A stretch of 64,000 bases of DNA from Octopus vulgaris (Eukaryota): positions 77,996,001 through 78,060,000 of the forward strand of contig OX597819.1 of assembly GCA_951406725.2 (NCBI GenBank). The letters run 5' to 3'. This document shows, piece by piece, positions 1 through 15,098 of this stretch. Position 1 is the stretch's first letter. Every line of letters begins with the position of its first letter. Below the pieces are notes generated by a model. It worked only from the letters and a program-made list of their open reading frames with translations, ran no database searches and was not told the DNA's origin. The position numbers and the translations under genes were made by a program.

Positions 1-286
<286 letters not shown>

Positions 287-929
287 AGTAATTTAAAGTC
301 AGTATTAACCATTGCTGCAAATATTTAATTGAAGAGAAAACTTCGCTTAACATTCTCTCTTCAGATCTTGAATGATTTCAATCAAAATTTTTAATCAAAA
401 TTCTACAGGAAATTTACAAAAATTGTGATTCTATACAATGTAATGTACCAGTCCTCGCATAAAGGACATTTAAACATTCTCGTCAACAATGTGTGACTGT
501 CATAGCAAAAAATGCAACTTATTTACTTACTAATTAACCCAAAAACCACTTCTGGATATCTATCATCTCCTGTGTCAAAATTATAATTAAAATCGTTTAG
601 TAAGGAAGTTATTATATGATAAATGTAACATGAAGAAAAACGGCAGAAGAAAACCTATTTAGTAAATGAAATGTAGTGATGAAGAGGTAACGTGTGCGCG
701 CGTATGTGTATGTATGCGTATATATATGTGTGTGTGCTTCTGTGTGTGTGTGTGTGTGTGCGTGTGTGTGTGTTTGTGTCTGTGTGTGTGTGTATACACA
801 TATATATATATATATTTATCTGTGTGACTGTCGCTTTTAAAAATGATTATTTGTTTAACTCTAATTCACGTATTGAGTCCTGCATTTATTTAATGTTTCT
901 TTTATATGTAATTAAAAACGTGTAACAAT

Positions 930-1204
930 CTACACACACACACATAACATACATATCACGTGTGTATATAAATATATAGACTGTTATAAATATTGAATTT
1001 GATATATATACATACATGCATACATATATATATATATATACACACAAACACATCTATACACACACATGCACACACATATATATTGTATATATGTATCTAC
1101 ATATATGCATATATTTACACACACTTATATATGTACATCTATACATATATTCATACATACATACATATTTGTATACATACATACATACATACATACATAC
1201 ATAC

Positions 1205-1281
<77 letters not shown>

Positions 1282-1470
1282 TGTACATACACATACACGA
1301 AGATAAAAGTTTTTGTACATATATTTATACATATATACATACATATACATATATGTATATGTATATATATATATCTTTGTATACATGTAGGTATGCATGA
1401 CTAAAAATATATATACATATATATAAATACACACACACACACATACATATACACACAACTTATACACAAT
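930..1470. repeat. (TA)n/(CA)n/(CATA)n compound microsatellite cluster
   Basis: Visible repeats; source of the YIHT-type ORFs. Confidence 0.9.
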
Positions 1471-2392
1471 GTAAATTTTATACGTTTGTATGTATGTAAA
1501 CTCTATGAATTCAACTAACGGCGTTTGTCGCCACTCTAAGATGGTGGCAACGTATTGTTGTTTCGTTGATTAACACTGAATGCGTGAGTCAGAAATGAAG
1601 GGCGGCAATTCATAACAAAACGTTTTTCGGGAGGTACATGGTAGGTGATAATTTAAAGGAGAGAAAACTATCTCGAGTTAATTGTGAAAATCAATTACAC
1701 TTATATCTTAAACTGTCTGATACACGCGCCCGATACTCGCAGATTATAAATTAAACCATTCGGCAATTGAATATCCGCCTGCATAGAGATGTGGTTGAGA
1801 GCCTGGAGTTTGTATTTCTCCGCATTAAATCCAGTTGAAATGGCTTATTCTCTTGGACTTTTCAGATGCACATAGCTGACTGTAGGCTTCACCCACCCGC
1901 ATGGGTAGAACCTTGAAAGAAAGCTGCATAGAAATGTCTATATTGGATGAAAGTGTACTGCAGCTGAATTGACTAAATGCACATAATTGGTACATCAAAG
2001 GGCATTAAGAAATTTATGCAATAGAAACAGGTGTCGACCTGGAATTTAATGTGAATTTAATGTGCATAATACTGTAATAAACACATTTTGAAGATGTATA
2101 AATTCTCCATTCTTCTTTACGACGTCCTGTTTATATACTCTGTTTGTTGTGTGAAATCCAAACAAACGAACTCAGGGTTCAGTTATCGAATGAAATATCG
2201 TGTAAGTACAATTCCCAATCCTTCGATGTGGTTAACCAGGTATGGATTATATCAGAGTGCAAATAAAGTGCCTGCCCGAATTACAAATTCATATTCCATT
2301 ACGTTATATAAATGCATATATATATATATATTTATATAAATACACACACACATACATACACACACACACACACACGCACACATACATACACA

Positions 2393-2438
<46 letters not shown>

Positions 2439-2444
2439 TATATA

Positions 2445-2620
2445 TTTTATTTTTGTATTTGGTTTGCAAGATTCTTTACGTGAAGTCGTGTATTGAAACA
2501 TATTTTATTGTGTATGGTTAGTGTCATTCTGTTTTAATGCCTTATGGATTTAATATCAGACCGGCGAGTGTGTTAAATTGATAAGGCAGTAAAAGAGAAT
2601 GACTCTTCCCAGACACAATT
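2445..2620. mobile_element. Decayed fold-back repeat, same family as 61683-61955 (putative Penelope-like pLTR remnant)
   Basis: gtttgcaagattctt...gtcattctgttttaatgccttat aligns with the reverse complement of ~61858-61950. Internal inverted arms 2523-2545 and 2581-2603. Flanked by microsatellites. Confidence 0.6.
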
Positions 2621-3871
2621 ATACACACACAAACAAACACACACACACACACACACATAGGTATTATATATATATATATATATATATCATGTATTAAATT
2701 TCGCCGTTGCTAGATTTCTGATTTCAAATTTCACCGTGGCCTCCCTGGATAATAGATTTAATCCGGCAGCCGATTTAACAGCCCAAACATTTTAGGTGCT
2801 TTTAGCAAAGCATTTCTGCTGTAAGCATTCTAGTCAGATCTCAACTTCCAAGATATTTTCCGCCCTCTTTCCCGCTATTCTTGCAGGCCTTGTAACTGCT
2901 CATGCGCATATATTTCCATGTGCATATACTATAAGATAAAAAAATAAACAAAAAAAAACAAAACGACGGATTGATTATAGCTAGAGCAACTTTGAATGTA
3001 AGCGTACATAATTAGGGTTAACACAAGACTAAACAGCAACCATATAATTTCGCATATTTTATTCTGTACGATCCCTGATGAGTATAAGTTATAACAAATA
3101 CATCCATAGAATAATTGCATAAACATCCTCCTCAAACTATACATTAAGCACATAATACTAATGCAGGAGTTCCAGCTTAACTAGAACAGATTGGAGATAT
3201 TCGGTAGAAGAATAGAATTGTAAAAATGCATATATATGTGTATATGTGAGTACGTGCGTGTGTGTGTAGGTGTGTGTATGTAATATAATTTGTAGTATAG
3301 GATATGGATTCAAAGAATCGTGTGGCTATCACAGAAAGCTCCTCCTACTACTGACTCGTCTATCAGATCACATAGTAATCCATAGTTTCCAGAAAACCTG
3401 ATCAATGAAATAAGAAATAAAAAAAAAAGAAGAGATAAGGGATAATAAAAATTAAAAAAGAAGGGATAAGAGATGAATATACTTTTCGCAGCTTTCTTCG
3501 TGTAGCAATAAATTTAGTGTGGAATAGAATTCTGTTTAGGTGTTTGCATTAATATACATGTTATTCACCAATCAATGCAAATAAAAGAAAGTTAGCTTAT
3601 TAGAGCAACAGAATTTTGTAGTTACACCAACGATTCAACTCTATACGAAACGGCTGTAACCCGAAACATTTCAAGTGGTTAAAGAAATATATTCATCTCT
3701 CACATCTTGGTTTTATGGTTTGATATATATATGTGTGTGTGTGTGTGTATGTATGTATATTGTTTTTCTATAAATTTATACTATATATATATATATATAG
3801 CTAAATTAAATAGCCTTGTCAAGTCTTGCCAGAACGTTTGCTTTTCATTTCTGTGTTAATCTCTTTCTCTC

Positions 3872-3916
<45 letters not shown>

Positions 3917-4257
3917 ACATGCACGTATGTATGTATGTATGTATGTATGTATGTATGCATGTATATGATAAATATATACATACTCACATACATAAAAACC
4001 ACAGACAAACGTATTAAAGGACACATAAAATTGATGCATACACTCATCCTACATATAAAATCTATGTATATGTCGGTAAGTCAGGTGACATATTGTCATT
4101 TGTCGTTATTATTAATTTAGAGGGGTCGATAAAAAGCAATCGCAAAGAGAAAATGTCTCATTTATGAAACATCCTATTTGGACAACAAATTCTCTCACTT
4201 TCCTTCTCCATCCCACTTTCCTTCTCACCTTCTCCACCGTAATGAATTCCGTTTGTG

Positions 4258-5884
<1,627 letters not shown>

Positions 5885-5890
5885 TATATA

Positions 5891-6110
5891 GGAGAGTATT
5901 GTAGTTCGCTTGAAGTATTGTGCGGAATTCCGGAAGGAGCTTCGTGAGACCACTGCAGAGACGCTTCCGGAAAAAGAAAACCGTTGGAAACCCGATTATA
6001 GGGGTGACTCGATCAATTCCTAGGGATATATGAAGAAGGAATTTTTATATTCCGAAATATTATATCAGACTATGGATGGTTAAATTATAACAGTTATCAT
6101 AGTCCATTGT
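5891..6110 (+). mobile_element. Short (TA)n-associated fold-back element with hammerhead-like motif ('GGAGAGTATT' family, also at 27289 and 29325)
   Basis: Starts ggagagtattgtagttcgcttgaag as at 27289 and 29325. 6054-6110 aligns with 29474-29530. Confidence 0.7.
6025..6066 (+). ncRNA. Minimal type I hammerhead ribozyme-like motif (C3 replaced by A)
   Basis: gatat-ATGAAGA-a-ggaat(ttttat)attcc-GAAATATT-atatc: 5 bp stem I, 5 bp stem II, palindromic ATAT stem III. Confidence 0.6.
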
Positions 6111-6246
6111 TGATATATACATACACCTATTTATATCTACATATATATACACACACGCGCGCACACACGCACACACACAAATGTATACTTACGCATCACT
6201 ACATATATACGTACATATATGTATATGTAAATACATACACAAGCAT

Positions 6247-6285
<39 letters not shown>

Positions 6286-6286
<1 letters not shown>

Positions 6287-6402
6287 CACGTGATCACGTG
6301 ACCGACCAGACCATCAGATGTTGCTGCACATTGCTGGTCACAATGCGTTCGCATTTTTAGCCTTCGAATGACGCCACCCCGCTGGCTAAGCGAGCAAGCC
6401 AA
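6286..6402 (-). mobile_element. Isolated 3' tail of SINE family C (tail type 3)
   Basis: Reverse complement of 62290-62411. Confidence 0.85.
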
Positions 6403-6414
6403 TATATATATATA

Positions 6415-6794
6415 CACTACCGTCAGAAATTAATTAGCACCCTTGATTTGCTCTTCACTCAAGGTATGTGCTGTCACCTAGTGGTCATATCTCGAACTAT
6501 TGCTTTGTTGCAAGTTCACTGTTGCGCAGAACGATGACGTAACTTTGGTTGCAGAGCAGTTTGAGAGTCTACAGCCTTATGATGTTGACATAGCAGTGCA
6601 ACAACAACTTGGAGTGCGGATGCAGACAAATCTTCCTTTGTTTAATAGATATAGGTAGCGCCTCGCAAGGACCGAAATCACACCATACTAAGTTTTCTCA
6701 TCGCGTAAGACGTTTTGAACAGCTCATAGGTTAATTGATTTAACCTATTTAATGTAGAAATTTGAGAAGTGCTAATTAATTTCTGACGCAAGTG
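6415..6794. mobile_element. Tc1/mariner-type MITE (~380 bp)
   Basis: 26 bp TIRs cactaccgtcagaaattaattagcac / gtgctaattaatttctgacgcaagtg (24/26), TA flanks, no ORF. Confidence 0.85.
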
Positions 6795-6847
6795 TACATA
6801 CATACGTATACATATTTGATGCATTTATATCCTTTCATATGCATATC

Positions 6848-7274
6848 TTTTATCTTTTACTCGCTTCAGTCATTAGACTGCAACCATGCTGGGGCACCGC
6901 CTTGATGAATTTTAGTCCAACGAAATGACCTAAGTCCTTACTACACTTTTTGTAAAATCAGCTACTTTTTCTACCGAACCGCTAACTCACGGGGAGTTAA
7001 ACATAGCAACACCTTTTGCCAAGCAGTCATGGGGTACAAACACATACATAAAAAACACAACACACTCACACATACACACACGCACTCACACACACACATA
7101 CACACACATACACTCTCTCAAACACATATAGATAGATGTATGAAGGTTTTCATATAACAAATGCACTCACAAGGCTTTGTTAGACACTTGCTGGAGGTAC
7201 CATGCAGAGGGATTGAACCCGGAATCATGTGCTTAGAAAGCAAACTTCTGACCACGCAGCCACACCTGCTCCTA
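6848..7274 (-). mobile_element. SINE family A, diverged copy
   Basis: Similar to the reverse complement of 18458-18907; internal (CA)n. Confidence 0.75.
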
Positions 7275-7507
7275 AATACATGCACACACACACTCACACA
7301 CACACACATATTATCGTCACAAATTTTGACTAAATGTGCCGAAGCACCTATATTGCAAGAAATGAGGGCTAAAAACCCTTAATGTTGTAAGAAGCGCTCA
7401 ATATACATACATACACATATACATATCGAGCGGTTGAGTAGTCACTACTAACGAGCCTACAAGTGATATGCGAAACTAGTCTACTCTCCTTTCAGTGTAT
7501 ATATAGT

Positions 7508-7938
7508 CTTTTCTACTCCAGGCGCAAGGCCCGAAATTTTTGGAAAGGGGGCCAGTCGATTAGAACGACTCCAGTACGCAACTGGTACTTAATTTATCGA
7601 CTCCGAAAGAATGAAAGGCAAAGTTGACCTCGGCTGAATTTGAACTCAGAACGTAAAGACAGACGAAATACCGCTAAGTATTTCGCCCAGTGTGCTAACT
7701 TTTCTTATTTCTTTATTGCCCACAAGGGGCTAAACATAGAAGGGACAAACAAGAACAGACAAAGGGATTAAGTCGATTACATCAACCCCAATGAGTAACT
7801 GGTACTTACTTAATCGACCCCGAAAGGATGAAAGGCAAAGTCGACCTCGGCGGAATTTGAACTCAGAATGTAGTGGCAGACGAAATGCCGCTAAGCATTT
7901 AGCCCGGTGTGCTAGCGTTTCTGCCAGCTCACCGCCTT
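7508..7938 (-). mobile_element. Two adjacent copies of SINE family B (Nin/Deu-domain-like)
   Basis: Two copies of cgaaaggatgaaaggcaaagtcgacctcggcggaatttgaactc, the reverse complement of a B-box followed by GCCTTTCATCCTTTCGGGGTCGAT. The two copies have different 3' tails. Confidence 0.85.
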
Positions 7939-9297
7939 TATTTGAATAAATATATATATATATATATATATAACACTTTAACATTGTGTCGATCAGACAA
8001 GAAGCTGGTGTTATACACCGCTGATCACAGTGCGCATCTTCGTATTGTCATAGCTTCCTGAAGAGATGGGCAGCTAACATACCCCGCTGAACTGTATTCC
8101 AGACGGTCACGGCTGACCCATTAACAGCTGAGTGGGCATTTGCGGTACTGAAAAATAGATCCGATAGAATAATTTCGATTCGTGCGACTGAAATTCTTCA
8201 AGGCGGTGACGGACACAAGTAAATGATAAAAGAATTAAAGATGATTTACAGGCTGTGTGATCTTTGTACCTGGTCATTCCTCACTTATCTTAGTTCTAAG
8301 AGTTCTACATTCTCTTTTCTCTCTTCCTCCTTCCTACTACACTTAGAGTAACCCAAACCAATTTCAATTTATTTCAATATATTTCTTGTTACATTATCTC
8401 TTATCTCTTCCACACTTTTCTTCCTCCTTCCTCGTACAGCACGCAGACTCCTCGCACAGTAATTTTCCCTCTTCTAGCATCAGCAGCTCCTCTTCGCTCT
8501 TTTAAGTTGCTCCTTTTTTTTTCGTTAGGGAATATTGCAACCCAGGCTTTAGCACACCTTTACGCTTTCTGTGTCTGAAGATAAACAATATCCGAAACGT
8601 TAAATTATTTCACTTGCTAAGGAAACAGACTCACTGGACTCGTCTATATATTCTCATATGCATACAGCAACTGCATTATAGCTGCAATAAGACAATATGG
8701 GAGAATAAACAATGTTAATTTTCCTAATCCAACTAATGACCGCAAGGAAAAGATTTGAGTAGTGATATTGATGCTGCAGCATGACCAGAGCCCACTAGAG
8801 AAGGCAAAGAGAGTAGGTACGCACACAAACGCATACACAAACTTTTATATTTACACGCACACAAACGCATACACAAACATTTATATTTACACGCACACAC
8901 ACTCACACACATTGTCTCATTAACAAACCCACCCCTCTCTCTCCGTCTCTCTTCCCTGCAATATATTTTGCTGTATACATACATACTTACATACACACAT
9001 AAACACACACATGCACACATATGTATATGTATGTATATGTGTATCTATGCTTATACATATATCATATGTAAATATTCATATGTATATTTATATATTATTA
9101 TATTATATATGTGCGTGGGAGCATGCGTTCATATGTGTGTGTTTGTGTGTGTGTATTTTTGTGTGTGTGCATGTATGAATGTAGGTGTGTGCATATTATG
9201 TACTATTACCTTTGCAGCGATAAGTCATTGAAGTCTCGACGACGTGAGATTCTGTTATATATATACATATTTGTGTACGCGAGTAAACATACTCCCG

Positions 9298-9329
<32 letters not shown>

Positions 9330-9964
9330 AATACATCTATGTTTGTGTGTACGTGTGCGTGGGTGTGTGAGAGAGAGGGAGTAGCGGATGGGAGAGATGG
9401 AGGGTGAGGGATGAGGAAGAGAGAGGGAGAAAGAGAGAGAGAGAGACTGCGCTTGGCATGACTGCAGTAGTACTGCTGTTGTATTGGGCTCGAATGGAAG
9501 GCGGAGTCAACATGTGTTTAGTAACCAGATATGAGGAAAATGGCGTATTCACTACGATTTTACTACGAGGTTAACGTTTTGGCTGCAGAAACGAATGAGT
9601 GTAAGGAATTTGATACTAGTGGAATTTCAAGAACTATTGTTGAGGTAGGAGTAAGTGTGTAGTAGACTAATGAAAAAATGTAGAAGGTGGTGAATGAGAA
9701 TTCCAGTGCTAACCTTTGATAAAGAATATAAAAGTTATGAGTGAGGCGTCACCGATATAACAGTCAGCAATATAATTGTCATATAGATCAGATGTCGGAC
9801 TAGTAAATTAGGGAGATTTTGTTCTTCAACTCCGTCAACAGTTTAATTGGAGTCTATGAGTACATAATTTAATGTTATAAGCAACATGTAAAAAAGATAA
9901 TTTAATATGAGGACGAGTTCAGAACATAAAGACAATGAGTTCTAATCTTTTATCGGTTATGTTT

Positions 9965-10318
9965 TTAGTTGTTTTGGTCATTGGACACGGGCATACTAGG
10001 TCACCACTTTGAAGAGTTTAGTCGAACAAATGAAAACCAGTTCTTATATTCTGAATATGGTATTTGTTCTATGGTTTTCTTTCTCAGAACTAATACCAGT
10101 TGTCAAGCGTTGTGGAGGACAAGGTAAACCCTAAAACATACCCTCATAAATGTGACAAGATTTTATATAATTGCCGTCTATGAAATTCACTCACAAGACA
10201 TTGGTCAAATGGGAATTATATAGTAGAGGACACCTGCCCTGGGTGCCGCGCAGTGGGGCTGAACCTGAAGCCGTGTGATTTCAAAACAAGCTTCTTAATC
10301 ACTCAGCCAATGCGCCCA
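9965..10318 (-). mobile_element. SINE family A, old copy
   Basis: Colinear degenerate match to family A. Confidence 0.65.
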
Positions 10319-10381
10319 TGTGAACATAAAAAATAATTCCGTAATTCTTGTCACTGCTTAAAAAATCTTAATACTCTACAG

Positions 10382-10553
10382 CAGTGGTTCGCAACCACTT
10401 TTTGCTTATGGACCTCCTTGATTCCTATTTTCCTCTACTGGAAACCTGTAGCCATTCGATGTTTAAGAAAATTCCTTCTGTATTTTTTATAATTGATTAT
10501 CATTAGGAATTGTATTAAGAAATTGTTGAAAAATTTCGTGTATTGCAGAAGTA
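10382..10553. mobile_element. Probable hAT-type MITE fragment interrupted by SINEs
   Basis: Begins cagtggttcgcaacc (hAT/Charlie-like CAGTGGTTCCCAACC terminus). Opposite TIR not found. Confidence 0.35.
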
Positions 10554-10768
10554 TACTCTTTACTTGTTTCAGTCATTTGACTGTGGCCATGCTGAAGCAC
10601 CGCCCTTAGTCGAGCAAATCGACCCCAGGACTTATTCTTTGTAAGCCTAGTACTTATTCTTTCGGTCTCTTTTGCCGAACCGCTAAGTTACAGGCACGTA
10701 AACACACTAGCATCAGTTGTCAAGCTACGTTGGGAGGACAATCACAGATACACAAACATATACACACT

Positions 10769-10816
<48 letters not shown>

Positions 10817-10980
10817 CGACGGGCTTCTTTCAGTTTCCGTCTACCAAATCCACTCACAAGGCTTTGGTCAGCCCGAGGCTATAGTAGAAGACACTTGGCC
10901 AAGGTGCCACGCAGTCGGACTGAACCCGGAACCATGTGGTTGGTAAGCAAGTTACTTACCACACAGCCACTCCTACGTCT
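10554..10980 (-). mobile_element. SINE family A
   Basis: Full length, close to the family consensus; internal (TA)n. Confidence 0.9.
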
Positions 10981-10983
10981 ATA

Positions 10984-11078
10984 AAAAGTGAAGCCGACCT
11001 CGGCGGAATTTGAACTCAGAGCGTAGCGGTAGGTGAAATACCGATAAGCATTTTGCTCGGTGTGCTGAGCTCACCGCT
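10984..11078 (-). mobile_element. SINE family B 5' fragment
   Basis: ccgacctcggcggaatttgaactcag...ctcaccgc. Confidence 0.75.
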
Positions 11079-11484
11079 GGTATTATTGCAGATAAATTTT
11101 ATTTAACAAAGTTTTATAAGGAAACTTCCACATTCACTGCAAGGTTCAATTCTTGTCGCAGTTTGGTGGCCATGAGAGCTGTGCCAGCGAAGCGCAAGCC
11201 CCAAGTAGGGGACCTTCTACGTCGAACAGATCAAAGAACAGAAACACACACAAACACACAAGCACAACATATATAGATTATCTATAAATGTAGTTAAATT
11301 ATGTGACGCATCACCTTTAGAAAGGTCGATAGAAAAAGAATTACAAATAAATCACATCTTATTTGTAAACGACATGTTTAATTGGTCCCTATTTTTTCCC
11401 CACAGTCCTTCCTTCTCTCTCCTCCTGCTCTCTAGCAATTAATCTCTATACCTATATATATTTAACCTGTGCAGTAGATATATG

Positions 11485-11780
11485 ATAGACTCTCTCGTCG
11501 AAGACGACGTATGATTGTTCAGCTTTTGCCGAGCCACCTGCGTAAATGATTTGTTTATAGTGATCAAATGTTCGTGCAGCACATTAGCTAGCGCCCTCTA
11601 TCAAATCGACGTTGCCTGAACAGATGCACGGTGTGCCACGCTTCATGTGTCGAAGTAATCGCAGAGCAGCGTGAGATGAGGTGTTTTGCTCCAGAATACA
11701 ACGAACAATCCGGTCTCTGAATTGAAGCCACAATCTCGCGATCGTGAGTGCGACACCATAACCATTAGGCCATGCGTACT
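11485..11780 (-). mobile_element. Old tRNA-derived SINE related to family C
   Basis: gtgttttgctc...cgatcgtgagtgcgacaccataaccattaggcca, similar to 26028-26290 and 52575-52750. Confidence 0.6.
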
Positions 11781-12182
11781 CAATATGTAAACAAGGCCAA
11801 ATTAACTATATCTCCCTGCAATGAGAACATGACGAACAGCCTTAACCGGTTTTTGAACTTTATTGGGTTCTCATCAACAGTGTCCACATCACATAACCAA
11901 ATGTGCAATTAATCATTATTTATAATTATATTATTTCCAGTATAGATATATTTATTGAATACTTGTTTATTTTATACTTATTTATAGTATATTCGCTTTG
12001 GTAAACATAAAAATATGTACTTTATTTATATTATAAAGATTATTATGTATAATTATATTAGTTGTTTTAATTATTATTGTTTAAAATAAATTTTGTAGAA
12101 CAAGAGGTATAATTATATGACAAGTGATACGTTACCTAATTCACAGATAACCTATATATGTTGTGCGTGCATATATATCATA

Positions 12183-12416
12183 CAAGGTTGGCTAAAAGTC
12201 ACCAGACGATAAATCAAAACGATTTAATTCCAAGATTTATTTATGTTTAACAACTGAATGAATTTAATAAAAGCATCTAAATATGAAACATCATGATAAT
12301 TGTTCAAACTGAAGTCTTTCTTGAGCGGCACATTTTTTTCATTCGAGTCAATACAGAATTACAGATAGAATTTATGGAATTTTGATTTACCATCGAATGA
12401 CTTTTGGCCAACCCTG
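12183..12416. mobile_element. Tc1/mariner-type MITE (~234 bp)
   Basis: ~36 bp imperfect TIRs caaggttggctaaaagtcaccagacgataaatcaaa / tttgatttaccatcgaatgacttttggccaaccctg; TA flanks. Confidence 0.8.
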
Positions 12417-12689
12417 TATATAATATATATAAGTATATCATACAATACAAGTTTCAAACGAAATCATTTTAGATTGACTTGTTATATAATTATTTAGATT
12501 GATAATTAAGTAAATGCTCGTTGAATACTATATAACCAATAGTCTGAGCAACTGAGTCGATTGCGTATTGTACCATTCATTTTGAATTAACCTGTATTTT
12601 GGTATAATCTTTTGGTTTTCTTGAAACAATAAATGAAGCAGAAAGGAAGAGGGTGATGTTTGTCGCGTAAAATTTAGCGAATGCGAATA

Positions 12690-12880
12690 AAAAAAACTCA
12701 AATTTCGTAAGAGAAAGCAAGTCTGGTTAGAAGAGAAAGAGAAATTAAAAAGAAAAAATTGAGTGGGAGAAGAGGAGTGAACGGTGAAAGAGAGAAATTA
12801 AGCGAAAAAGAGAGAGGGAATGGCGAGAACAGAAAAGAGTGAGAGAATGGACAGTATGGAGGAGACATATAGACAAACTG

Positions 12881-12945
<65 letters not shown>

Positions 12946-13203
12946 TAAGGAGAGAGAGAGAGGAAAAAAGAGAAGATGGGAAGGAAAGATAAGAGAAAAC
13001 AGAAAGAATAGGGAGAGCAGGGAGGTGAGAGGCTGAGAGAGAAAGAGATGTGGAATGGAGAGAAAGCGAGAAGGAGAGAGAGTGGGGAGTGAAAAGGTGA
13101 CATGTAGATAGTAAGAGAGAGAGAAGGAAAGAGACAAGGAATGGAGAGAGGATGAGGAGGAGTGTACGAGGATGGAAAAGCTGACATATAGGCATAAGGT
13201 GAC

Positions 13204-13238
<35 letters not shown>

Positions 13239-14090
13239 GGAGGCGGGAGAGAAAGCGATGGAGCGAGAAAAGAGTTAGAGGCTGGTTAAGAAAAACCGGG
13301 TAAAAAAGGTGAGTATAACTTTATAAGATGGCAGGTGAGTGAAAGAGAAAGGAAATAAGATAAACAAAAGAGATTGAAGGAAAGAAAGAGAAATAAAGAG
13401 AAACTAAAAATGAATGTATGATATCAAATGGGGGGGAAAGGGGGAAACATTGAAAGAGAAGGTTGAAGAAGAAGAATGTGGAGAAGGAGGAGGAGAAGGA
13501 AGAAGAAGAAGAAGTAGAAGAAGAAGAAGAAGAAGAAGAAGAAGAAGAAGAAGAAGAAGAAGAAGAGAAAGAAGAAGGAGAAGAAGAAGAAGAAGAAGAA
13601 GAAGAAGAAGAAAGAGAAGGAGAACGAGTAGGGGAAGAGAAAGAGAAGAAGAATGAGGAAAAGAAGAAGAGGAAAATGAGAAGAAGGAAGAGGAGAAGAA
13701 GAATGAGGAAGAGAAGACGAACAAAAAGAATGAGGAGGAGGAGGAGGAGGAGGAAAAAGAAAAAGAATAGGAGGAGAAGGAAGAGGAGAAAAAGAACGAG
13801 AAGGAAGAGAAAACGAACAGAAAGAGTCAGGAGTCGGTGGAGGGGAGGGGAGGGGAAGAGGAGGAGGAGGAGGAGGAGGAAGAAGAAGAAGAATAGGAGG
13901 AGAAGGAAGAGGAGAAAAAGAACGAGAAGGAAGAGAAAACGAACAGAAAGAGTCAGGAGTCGGTGGAGGGGAGGGGGAGGGGAAGAGGAGGAGGAGGAGT
14001 AGAAGAAGAAGAAGAAGAAGAAGAAGAAGAAGAAGAAGAAGAAGAAGAAGAAGAAGAAGAAGAAGAAGAAGAAGAAGGTGGAGAGTGGGG
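12690..14090. repeat. ~1.4 kb purine-rich tract with (AGAT)n, (GA)n, (GAA)n, (GGA)n and a 126 bp tandem duplication
   Basis: Visible; aaagagtcaggagtcggtgg occurs at 13821 and 13947. Confidence 0.9.
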
Positions 14091-14479
14091 AAGACTAATG
14101 AGTTTCGGAGAAGAAAGTTTACATAAAAATGGCGTCAACATTTTGCTTTTGAAATCTCTAAATCTCTCGGAAATATCACCTACAATATGTTTGCAAGAAC
14201 ACTGTCAATTTATCAACTAAAATACTGATTAAAGCAGATGATATTTCCTTTAAATGATGGCAGGCCTTTCGGCAAGATCATCGTTTACTCATGCAGATAC
14301 ATATTCTTTTCCTGGTGAAAAAAAAAAAAAATAAACAATAAAAAAAAACAAAGCCAAAACAAAACAAGCAAAAATATTTTTAAAAAAATAAAAGACAAAA
14401 GAAAAGAAAAACAAAACAAAAATAAGAAAAATAACAACAACAAAAGAAACAAAGAAACAAATGATCTCACAAAATGCAA

Positions 14480-14793
14480 TTTGTCTCGTTGTTGTTGTCA
14501 ACTGTTATTTGTATTTTACTGTTTGCTGTTGTCGTTCTTGTTGTTTTTGTTGTTGCATTTTCAGTATCGTTGTTGTTGTTGTTGTTGTGATGATTGCTTT
14601 TGTATATATTTCTGCTGCTTATGTTATTATGAATGTTTGCCAACGTATTGCTGGTTGTTGCCTTTTGTTATTGTTGTTGCTGTTGTCGGCGGTGGCCATT
14701 CTCAATGACTATTGTCATCATCTGATGTTCTTCTTATTTCTGATGTTGTTGTTGTTGCTGTTGATGACAACGTTGCTGTTGATGACAACGTTG

Positions 14794-14828
<35 letters not shown>

Positions 14829-14848
14829 TCTATTAATGAGGACGAAGG

Positions 14849-14905
<57 letters not shown>

Positions 14906-14918
14906 CGACGATGATGAC

Positions 14919-14989
<71 letters not shown>

Positions 14990-15044
14990 TGATGATGATG
15001 ACGATGACGATGATGATGATGATGATGATGACGATGACGATTAA

Positions 15045-15098
<54 letters not shown>

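Noticed and set aside
330-364. tgaagaga...tctcttcag stem with CTGAAGA on the minus strand
   Set aside because: No GAAA strand after the stem; simple hairpin.
3075-3658. CTGATGA-gtata (3075) and tatac-GAAACGGCTGTA (3642) as one split hammerhead
   Set aside because: 570 bp apart and stem I does not pair (atcc vs accc). The 3' half may be an independent relic.
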